From: Nitrosopumilus sp.
Lineage (GTDB): Archaea > Thermoproteota > Nitrososphaeria > Nitrososphaerales > Nitrosopumilaceae
Length of the DNA stretch: 64,000 nt
Direction: 5' to 3'
Assembly: GCA_965207445.1 (NCBI GenBank)
Contig: CBDBLX010000002.1
Span: 2,359,849-2,423,848 of the forward strand
Below the pieces are notes generated by a model, which saw nothing but the letters and a program-made list of their open reading frames with translations, was not told where the DNA came from and made no database searches. Positions 22,188-31,141 of the stretch are shown piece after piece (positions within the stretch are counted from its first letter, which is position 1; every line of letters starts with the position of its first letter). The translations under genes were made by a program, and so were the position numbers.

Positions 22188-23027
22188 ATGTACACTACGG
22201 ACTTTGTTAAGTTGTATTATTTTTACATTGATGAATCAGGCGTCGACACGCTTGTCAAAGATCCAAGAAAGCAGGATTTCGGCTATGATTGGTTTACTAC
22301 GGGTGGACTGATCGTGGACGAGCAGGGCAAAAAGGCGTTCGAAGACGTTCATGCATCAATAATTGATCGATATTTCCACGATAACGGAATTACACTGCCA
22401 GACAGATTCAAACTGCATTATTCGGAATTGAGACAGAAAAAGCACCCATATGACAAGCTGTCGGGCACGGCGCAACGCCACGACATTGCCGACGAGATAT
22501 TCGATGCCATCTGCAACATAGATTGCGCCCTCATCTCCGTGTCCATAAATAAAGTAAAGCACATGGCCCAATACACCCATCCTACAAATGTGAGGGCCTA
22601 TACACTATTGACATGCCTCGAAAGATTCCAATTTTTTCTAGAGGACAGCCAAGACGAAGGCATCACGTACTATGAGTCGTTTACTAACAGCATGAGGAGA
22701 AAGATTATGTCCGAAATGCCTAGCCTGCGATCGATAACACAGCTTCATCCCATATTGAGCAGAATCAAGGGAAAAATGGTGTGAACCAATCTCTGTGCGT
22801 GGAAAATGGCGTTTGATGGATTTTCTAGGCACGGAGCTTGGTTCACACGAAAAATCAAAAACGGAGAACCCCGCACGGATATCCTTCTCCAGATTTCAGA
22901 TTTTTTCGTCTATGCCCCCCACATCAAGGCCATAACGCGCAATGAAAAGCAGGACAGGTGGCACCAGATTCAACACAAATACTACCGCGGCGATGGGTGG
23001 AAGAGAAAGGGATTTGTCATATTATAA
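22188..23027 (+). pseudogene. DUF3800-family gene 2, interrupted by MITE-C
   Basis: FYIDESG...ERFQFFL...LQISDFF; removing 22779-22848 and one TSD restores RIKGKIKNGEP in frame. Confidence 0.82.
22779..22848. mobile_element. MITE-C (70 bp, TIR GTGTGAACCAA), TSD GAAAAAT(G/C)
   Basis: gtgtgaaccaatctctgtgc...gcacggagcttggttcacac flanked by gaaaaat. Confidence 0.85.
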
Positions 23028-23093
23028 GGCGATCCTTCCGGGTTCTTACCACTTGGTGGCTACCCCCGGTAACATGTTACCATGTAAGACCGT
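23027..23093 (-). ncRNA. Candidate DUF3800-associated RNA 2
   Basis: Minus strand: P1 CGGUCUU/AGGAUCG (G-U pairs), P2 ACAUG-GUAA-CAUGU (GNRA loop), P3 CCGGG/CCCGG; TATA tttaaa about 29 nt upstream. Confidence 0.72.
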
Positions 23094-23136
23094 ACTTATC
23101 ATACACAACACTTGGATTTAAATTATTCTGAGCGGG

Positions 23137-24172
23137 TAGCGTGTTGCATAACTCGATGCGCATCCTATAGGACGACACCGTTGCAATATGATTCAGCAGG
23201 CTTGCAGTGACACGTGTAAGAGCGCAAGCTACAATGGCCGGATTTGAAGCCTTACATCTTCAAAAATCAAGCATGTTGATCCGGCACTAGGACTCTATTT
23301 GCATCTAGTGCGTAATTATATGCACAAATAGTTGTTTATGTTTATGTTGTTAGAATTATGGTTTCACCTCCTTGCCAATTCGCAGCATTGTGTTATAGGT
23401 GCGGATCTTTAATTTGATCTCTTGGCAGATATTCTCCATCTTTCTTGTCATGACCACACCACCGTATGTTCTCTTGAATGCAGATATCACAATCTCAACA
23501 AGCTAACCGTAGTCCATAATCTACTTGTTTTTTCCAATCTTTGCGGTTTGCCTCACGTTCGGGTTCTGTAAGTGATGCAAATTTCATTGGTGTTGCATCT
23601 GGGCCACCGAGCTGCTCGAGTACCACATTGGATCTAGCGCGGTCAACGCCACGAGCTTTGGTATTTGAGTTTGTCTGAACTCTAATGTTTGGCGTAATGT
23701 CTAATTCTCTACACATTGAGAACATCTTTCTTGTATCAAAACCACCATCAGCAGTCATAGTAATTTTAGGATATGTCTTACTCTTGTGATTTTTTTGCTC
23801 TTTGGCCTGTCTGCGTCGCGCGCCAGGTTCAATATCCATATTTCTGAGGGCGTCTTCTAAAAGGTATAATGGCACATTGTATAGATTAAATACAAATATG
23901 GAGATATGTGTATGTACTCATAAAATACCAAGGCGTCTACCACGCCATGTTTTGCGCGTACACTTTGTAGGCTTGGAAGCACGGCCTGCTTATGGCTTGT
24001 TGTAGGCGTGACTTGACACACCCGCTGGCATCGTAGCTTGAGGCAGACAGTCTTCCTGTCCAGTTTACAGAGCATTTGAGTGGCTTCGAATCGTGTAACG
24101 TAGGTTGCGCGGCTCAGACCACATGGCCACGACCCCAGAGGAGTATAAATTTACGAGTTATGCAACACGCTA
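23137..24172 (-). mobile_element. IS5-type element with degraded transposase
   Basis: Perfect 19-bp IR tagcgtgttgcataactcg / cgagttatgcaacacgcta; TADGGFD DDE fragment at 23495-23875. Confidence 0.75.
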
Positions 24173-24215
24173 ATTGCATTCAAAACCATATATAGCGCCA
24201 TGTCGTACTATACAT

Positions 24216-24272
24216 ACGGCCCTGTGTTTTGTATAGAACACGTCGGATACGTATGTGTCCAAGGGACCGCCA
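24216..24272 (+). ncRNA. Candidate DUF3800-associated RNA 3
   Basis: Near copy of RNA 1; P3 ggatac-gtat-gtgtcc keeps pairing through G-U on this strand; atatata 28 nt upstream; ends CCA followed by T5. Confidence 0.7.
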
Positions 24273-24275
24273 TTT

Positions 24276-25028
24276 TTATAATGAACAGTTTTCGCGTTTG
24301 TAGACGTTAGGATGGTCTAGGTTGTAGTATTTGTGAGATATGGATCTCCACCGGTCCTGCTTTTTTCCCTGCGTCCTTGCCCTTATCAAGACCGAATACG
24401 CAAAAAAATCACTGATCTGAAGGAGGGGTTCTTCTGCAACTCTTGCAAATTTTATCCTGTCTTTAATGCTTGAGAATTTGACAGTCTGGGGGAGATTGCG
24501 GGGCCTAAAGACACGACCATAATTGGTCTGCATAGTTTTGTGAATTTGCTTTGTAACAGATTCATGAATGATTGTTCCCGTACTCTTTTGCTCAAGCAAA
24601 AAGTACTGGAATCGCTCTGTCAGAAACGAAAGTGCTAGTGTCCTCTGTAGTATTTTGTCAATAAGGTTTTTGTATACATAATCCAGATCTATAATACATG
24701 AGATGAGGTGACAGTCTGAACTTGCAATTATGTCAAACATCTCATTTGCAATAACGTACCTAGTGCCGGAATCTAGCGCGTCATATGGAGACACAACCCC
24801 ATTACGCAATCCATGATATGATAACTTGAATGTATCAGGCAGATCAGATCTTGTAAAATGATCTTTAATTATTCTTTGAACTTTTTGCTCAAGTACGAGT
24901 ATTTGATTGGACTCTACAATGACTCCTCCCAACACAAAATATCGATGTTCCGAGTCTGGATGGGTGTTAGGATGATAGTTCTACACATAGCCACTCTCAT
25001 CAATATACAGAGTGTATGTTTTTTGCAT
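24276..25028 (-). pseudogene. DUF3800-family gene 3, in-frame TAG at 24981-24983
   Basis: MQKTYTLYIDESGYV*NYHP versus HVQNYHP in the paralog at 16470-17213. Confidence 0.82.
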
Positions 25029-25100
25029 CAACAGAGGATATGATTGAGCCTTTAAATGCGTGACGAAAGCAGGCGCCGATCATTGTGTCTAATAAACATG

Positions 25101-25222
25101 ATTGAAAATGAGTAAAAAATGTAGGGATGGGGTGTTATTGTAAGCGTCCCGGTTCGCTTTCTGCCGTCGTTACAGGCCCGCTCCCACAGCTGTGTCGGCA
25201 CCCTTTGGGCCCGCTCTAACAG
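25101..25222 (+). repeat. Element-end arm plus att core 3 (core at 25201-25222)
   Basis: Matches 17330-17445; arm 25139-25168 is also present inverted at 25307-25338. Confidence 0.88.
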
Positions 25223-25446
25223 ATGGCCCGAGCTCATTGCGGCAGGCTGCACTCCACGAGATGGCACGCGGTATAGCCATCCATATAAGATCATACAAAA
25301 CAGACAGACGGCAGAAAGCGTATGCGGGGACGCTTACAGTATCTCACACACACCCTTTCTTTTTTTATTATCATACTAAAAGGTGTAGTGTGGTTGTGCG
25401 CACGTGCGCAAACGTCCCTTTTATCATATCTGCCATCGGTAATCAA

Positions 25447-25740
25447 ATGGCAATTTCAGAAAAGTCCCCCGAGGACATGAAAAATCTCAAGAGCGGCATG
25501 ATCGGCGTCGTACTGCTGCTGGTGCCAGGTGCGCTGTCGCCTGTGATTATCGCAGAGTTTACCGGTGTTAACCTTGATGACCTCTGCGAAACTGTCACCA
25601 AAGACGATGGTACCACCGAAAAGGTGTGTCTAAAGGACGGTGAGATCAAAAAGAACATCATCAGGGCGCTCGACTACGTGATATATGGCGTCGCAATAGT
25701 CGGGTTTGTCGCGCTGGTTGCAGTGGGCGTAAAGTATTGA
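25447..25740 (+). CDS. Small two-TM protein (pilin- or virion-protein-like), about 97 aa
   Basis: MAISEKSPEDMKNLKSG followed by two hydrophobic helices around a two-Cys loop; truncated paralog near 44318 on the minus strand. Confidence 0.6.
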   Translation: MAISEKSPEDMKNLKSGMIGVVLLLVPGALSPVIIAEFTGVNLDDLCETVTKDDGTTEKVCLKDGEIKKNIIRALDYVIYGVAIVGFVALVAVGVKY

Positions 25741-26328
25741 CCTTCAAGGAGATGTTTGCAGTCAGCGCGGCAGCCTCACCATCTGTTTTATTTTACAAGC
25801 TTGGAATGATTCCTGCCGACAACCTGGCGCTGCTGTGGAGGCTGCTTGGGTTCTGGCTGCCGACATGAGCAGCAGACATGGCATATACCGTGAGGTATCG
25901 TGCATACATTGCAGAACGTGAGCAAAATCCGTTGTTGCGCACACGGGCAAGACGGCTGCCTTTACGAAACAAGAGATACGGACTGGGCGCGGCAGTCGGC
26001 GTCATGCTGGCAGCCGAGGTGGTGGTGGCTCTGGTGGCTTCCTTGGTGGTGGTTCGTGAGTTGGATGTGGTATTTGTGGCCTCCGTATCCGGGGTGGCAG
26101 ATGGAGCCGCACATTTGGTCGGCCTGGCGCAGACTGTCGTGTTTATGCGCCGCATCAGAACTACTGGCAGTCTGCGCCATGCCCAGTGGGTAAGGGATTG
26201 CGGGTAGCATGACTCTTTGAGGCGCAAAAATTCTCCACGTTTCATGCTTTGTGTAATGTTATGGCACAGGCCAGACCCCACCCGGTACATGCAAAAAATT
26301 ATCATGCACAATCAACAATCAAAAAATT

Positions 26329-27067
26329 ATGTTTGGCATGTACGTTGACGAGTCCGGCGATCCGGGCAGGCCTCTGGATCAGGATCGCAACGTAATACAT
26401 GGCAGTTCAAAACTCTTCACGCTTGCAGGAATCATAGTGGACGGCAAGGAGAAAGACAGGATTGATACAAACGTAAGAGACTTGGCACTGTCGTTCTTTT
26501 CAGAGTTGGTCGTAAACACAACCAAGATCCACAGCCATCCCCTTCTCCGGCGGGCGCCCCCGTATGATGCACTTTCGAGTCTGGATCGGCACCATCTGGA
26601 GGATGGGATGTTTCGCATAATACAAGATTCTCCATGCACGTTGCTGTCCGTGACGATTGACTTGGTTGCCCATTTTGACAAATACTCGTTTCCCATAAAC
26701 CCAAAAGCGTATGCAATGTTAATTATTCTTGAACGATTCCAATCGTCTCTGGAAGACAAAGACACACGAGGCATAGTAAAGTATGAACGGTTTAATAAGA
26801 TCGAGCGCAAAAAACTCCGAGGTAATGAACAGGCTAAGGCAGATGCTTGCACTGAAACACTATGTGGAAATTGATAACATACGGGGTGACATACAGAATG
26901 GGAATCCATTGAAAGATCCCGTACTCCAGTTGGCAGACTTTTTTGCATATGCGACGCAGGAGATGTACAGGACCAATGGGGACAGGAGTCGCAGGTGGGA
27001 TTCCATCAGGGAAAAATACCACAACATTGATGGTGTATACTATGAATCTGGATGCGTCTATAGATAA
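26329..27067 (+). pseudogene. DUF3800-family gene 4, frameshift at an A-run near 26810
   Basis: MYVDESG...ERFQ in one frame and LQLADFFAY in the next frame. Confidence 0.8.
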
Positions 27068-27125
27068 TGTCGGTCCCTGGGCCTCTATGAACCCGTAGCC
27101 AGCAATTGCCACCAGCGGGAGCCGT
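27068..27125 (-). ncRNA. Candidate DUF3800-associated RNA 4
   Basis: Minus strand ACGGCUCCC-GCUGGUG/UGCUGGC-UAC-GGGUU/GGCCC-AGGGACCG; P2 and P3 need G-U pairs and form only on this strand; tttaaa about 31 nt upstream. Confidence 0.68.
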
Positions 27126-28643
27126 ATGGATATAATATCACTATACGTATTTTAAAGTTTGTATTTTTTTTATGTGCATTTATTATGCTGACTGCATAGG
27201 CATCTTGCCATCATCGTGACGGTGCCATCAAAGATGATGCCTTGAGTGGCCGGGACCTTTTATACCACTGACATTAGTGATTATGCAGAAACCCCGTATT
27301 TGGTGGAAAATTGCTAGTTTGCATGCCCGGGCATCATAATCCAATGATAGATGGTAGTTATTTTTCACTTGTCAAGTAGTTTTTTTAAAACGTCAGTTAA
27401 CCCAAAAGTCTTCAAAACAAATGGATTTTTACTTAAATAGACATTAAAATATAGTTATATAAAAACTACCAATCATATAAAATGATTCCATGTATATTTT
27501 TGAGTTGCCATAATTAGTCATTGTGTCTGTTGATAACGTTGTAACGATATTATATGATAATATGCATATTGTGATATTTGTACGTTTAATATGAATGTAA
27601 TAATTAGTAATGTAAGTATGAGAAATTTGGCACAGATCATGTTTTGATTATCTCTATGATGTATTCATTAGGTGGCGGTTTATGTAATGTTTTAAATAAG
27701 GCATATAATAATATGCACATCTTCATATTCAGTTGTGTTACAAGCTGTTCACCATCTCATACTTCAAAAATACCCATTCGTGCGACATGTAAATAATTGA
27801 TCATAACCCAAATATTGTATAGCATCACAGCATACAAAAAGTGAAACGTGCGAACAACGTGATTCTTTGATCGGGTACGTGGCCTAACAGCCTCGATCTC
27901 AGTAGTTCGCAATGTGTTTTAGATGATTTTATTTGAATAATCCGCAATGTCGTTGAACGTTGACGATCATATTTGATCAGATCAAATAGAAAGTATAATA
28001 TGTGGGGACATTTTAGTACCTTTGAACATATATGAAAAATTAGGTACTAGAACATCAATATAAATTAGGACAAGTAAATTATAAAGTTTTACGAAAACGA
28101 TTCGACGATCTCGGACTAGACATATCAACCAGATATAACCGCAAGTATGGGGCGAATGATTATCTTGGTACACTTGTCACCATGTCACTCAACAACATGT
28201 GCGTAAATGCAGCAACGCACAAAAGAAAACGCAATGAGACTAACTATTTTAGAAAAAGTGAGCGCATAAACATACCATCTGAAAATACTGTGCTCAAATG
28301 CCTAAAGAGTGCAGATCTAGAGCAAGTAAAACAATGGGGTGACGAGAACGTCAAAACAATGCTCAGCAATGTCAGAAAACACAACATGCTCAAAAAAAGG
28401 CAAGCACTATTGCAATGGATATGACCGGATGGGAATATCATGGCAAGGCACTCAAACCTGAGATGCTAAAAACAAAGCCCAAAAATGGTACTGCGAGATT
28501 TCATTCATTTATGACAGCACAAATGGTAAATCAAGCAGGTAACATACATTTGTTTGCACATCGTGTGACCAGTAAGGATAAAATGGTCACAGTCATGCGT
28601 AAAATCATTGAAAAATTAATTCGAGAGGATGCACGTCCGGAAC

Positions 28644-28725
28644 GTAACCGTTCAACCCCTTCCCAAATTTAGGCACAAATTTACCGCCTAACGTCTGGCG
28701 CAGGTATAGGGGGTTGAACGGTTAC
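28644..28725 (+). mobile_element. MITE-B, 9-bp TSD GTCCGGAAC
   Basis: Perfect TSD; the empty site is visible in IS copy 1 near 20703. Confidence 0.92.
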
Positions 28726-28898
28726 GTCCGGAACTTGGCCTCTTTGATCGGGGTTTTTACAATGTTGCATGCATAGATGAACTTTTGCGCTTGCGCCTGT
28801 CTTTCATAATGCCGGCAATTAAAAATAAGCGCATACAAAAATATATTTTAGAAGTTCACAACAAAAAGAGAAAAACTGCATCAGTCATTGAGATGCGT

Positions 28899-29006
28899 AG
28901 TAGTTTCATTAAAGATCCGATAGTTTTCTAATATTTTGTATTCATAATACATGTTCAACTTCGAGATGAATATCAATCAAAATATCGGATCTTTAATCAT
29001 ATCAGT
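28899..29006 (+). mobile_element. MITE-A, 6-bp TSD ATGCGT
   Basis: Reverse complement of 17517-17624; the empty site is in IS copy 1 near 20555. Confidence 0.9.
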
Positions 29007-29988
29007 ATGCGTGATAAAAACAAAAAAGCAGTAAAGTTCACATTACTTGTCGTCAAAAAAAAATAATGCCAAAGAAACTGATAAAACAGTCGATCAGTAT
29101 GTAGCATTTGCCACAAATATGAAAATCACTAGCAAAAGCAAACTCATCAAAACCATCCCAGAGACTTATCGCAAGCGCTGGATAATAGAGACGGGATACA
29201 GAGTGATAAAAAACACGACTCCAAAGCCAACTAGCAACGCCTTGCAGCTTCGATTACTGTTGATATTTTTTGGAATGTTATTATATGGTTTATGGGTAAT
29301 GGCAAGGTACGAAAATTACGGCGGACTTGTAGATGAAAAATTATTCACAATGGATGCGTTTGTAGATTCAATTGCCGGATCAATCAGAAGACTGCTTCGG
29401 TGGGAATTGGAGCACGGTGGTTCCTTACCATTGTAAATCTGTCGCACTGCATAATTAGAAATAAGATCATTAAAAATTGAGCACATTGCGAACTACTGAG
29501 GTGCCACATTCATCACAAACCATGCATTGTAATGGGTGTCATTCTGTGTAGTATAGCATGTTGTGGCAACCCACCATATGTCGTCGTTCCACCACACTTC
29601 ACAAACGATACGTTGATAACATTGACTAGTCAACGTTATTTAGCATCCCCTTTGTACATATTCCAATTATTCAATTGGGATGTCCCTATAAGTAACTTTT
29701 GGTATACGCGCAGATATTTTTATATATGAGCTTATTAAATATATGTACATAGAACTCTGGCGATATTTGCAGATGGCTTTGCAAGTACGATGCAGATAGC
29801 GATTTGATGAATTACGCACCAACCTCGGCGCACTCGACAGGCTGATCGCATATGCATCAAGCATCTTGCGTACCACAACTTTGCGTATTTCCATGCTATC
29901 TTATTATACGCCTGCATATATAAAGATATTGTAAGTTAATCTAGTAAACACAGCGCTTAAAAGTAGTGTCCCATAATAAGACAGCATC

Positions 29989-30222
29989 ATGGCACTGATA
30001 ATCAAAACGTCAAGGGGAGTCAAGTACCTGTACTTTCAGGCGGGGCCAAAGTCGTTGTACATTGCGCCCAAAGACGATCCGTCAAAGGCCAAAATAGAGA
30101 ATGTGAAAAAGGCAGTAGAGTACACCAAAGAAAGGATCAAGCACTATGACGAATCTCTTGATGAACTCTTAAAGTTTTTACCAGCCAAAGAACGTAGGCA
30201 GCATGTGAGGCGGTCCATATGA
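29989..30222 (+). CDS. Small basic hypothetical protein, first gene of the defence operon
   Basis: 77 aa; 4-bp overlap with the next gene; TATA-like ttaaaa upstream. Confidence 0.6.
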   Translation: MALIIKTSRGVKYLYFQAGPKSLYIAPKDDPSKAKIENVKKAVEYTKERIKHYDESLDELLKFLPAKERRQHVRRSI

Positions 30223-31121
30223 ACACTGACCAAGATGTTGCATCAGACATACAGTTATTTACAAAAAATGGAAAAAAGTTTCAAAAATTAGACGAGCGCA
30301 AGTTCAAACATGAATCTGAGTTACAACACATGATAGAAAGTAACATGTACAGCATACTTGGGATTGAGTATATCAATAGCGAATTACGCGTAAATAATTT
30401 TCGCATAGATACTGTTGGATTTGATCGTGACACAAAGTCATTTGTCATAATAGAGTACAAACGAGACAAGAGCTATTCAGTAGTCGATCAAGGTACGGCA
30501 TATCTCAATATTTTAAAAGAAAACCAAGCCAATTTTGTACTTGAATATAATAAAAAATTCAAATGTTTTTTAGAAAATAAAGACTTTGACTGGGAGCAGT
30601 CAAAAGTCATCATAATAGCTCGTACGTTCAATGCACATCAAAAACAAGCAGCCAATAAACCAGATTTACGTATAGAACTTTATGAAATACGTCGATATTC
30701 AAAAGATACAATATTACTCAATACAATTCATAAAGTTAAAAAAATTATTAAAAAACCACATAAAAAACGACCCAAAAAAAATCAACCAAATAACACACTA
30801 GAGATAAAAAAAATGGTCAAGAAAATTGAGAATAATATCATGGCACTTAATGTAGACATACAAACCAGAACTAAAAAATTCTGCACGGTGTTCAAGTTAC
30901 AACGTAATTTTGCATGGGTTGAGCCATGGAAAAACAGCATTGACATAACTTTTTCAGGCAGTTTGCATAAAATTAATGATCCTAAAAAAATGATTGAAGA
31001 TGTATCGAATATTGGACATCATGGTGGCGGAAATTTACGAATTAAAATAACAGAAGAATCACAAATACCACATATGATAAATATAATTGAACAAATACTC
31101 AAGGGGATGAAGGTACAATAA
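30219..31121 (+). CDS. PD-(D/E)xK endonuclease (NucS-like) with DUF5655-like C-terminus
   Basis: ESELQ...RIDTVG...IIEYKR...VVDQG; C-terminal DVSNIGHHGGG. Confidence 0.75.
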   Translation: MNTDQDVASDIQLFTKNGKKFQKLDERKFKHESELQHMIESNMYSILGIEYINSELRVNNFRIDTVGFDRDTKSFVIIEYKRDKSYSVVDQGTAYLNILKENQANFVLEYNKKFKCFLENKDFDWEQSKVIIIARTFNAHQKQAANKPDLRIELYEIRRYSKDTILLNTIHKVKKIIKKPHKKRPKKNQPNNTLEIKKMVKKIENNIMALNVDIQTRTKKFCTVFKLQRNFAWVEPWKNSIDITFSGSLHKINDPKKMIEDVSNIGHHGGGNLRIKITEESQIPHMINIIEQILKGMKVQ

Positions 31122-31141
31122 ATCCCCATAAAGACTTAGAA

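Larger units (their letters stand above)
27900..29498 (+). mobile_element. ISH3-type IS copy 2, frameshifted, containing nested MITE-B and MITE-A
   Basis: Same TIRs as 20066-21432; YRKRWIIETGYR. Confidence 0.87.

Noticed and set aside
24981..24983. Pyrrolysine or read-through at the in-frame TAG
   Set aside because: The paralog has CAG (Gln), so a single C-to-T change explains it; no pyl genes are seen.
25793..26311. Overlapping GC-rich ORFs on both strands
   Set aside because: No recognisable motif, and I cannot choose a real frame from the sequence alone.
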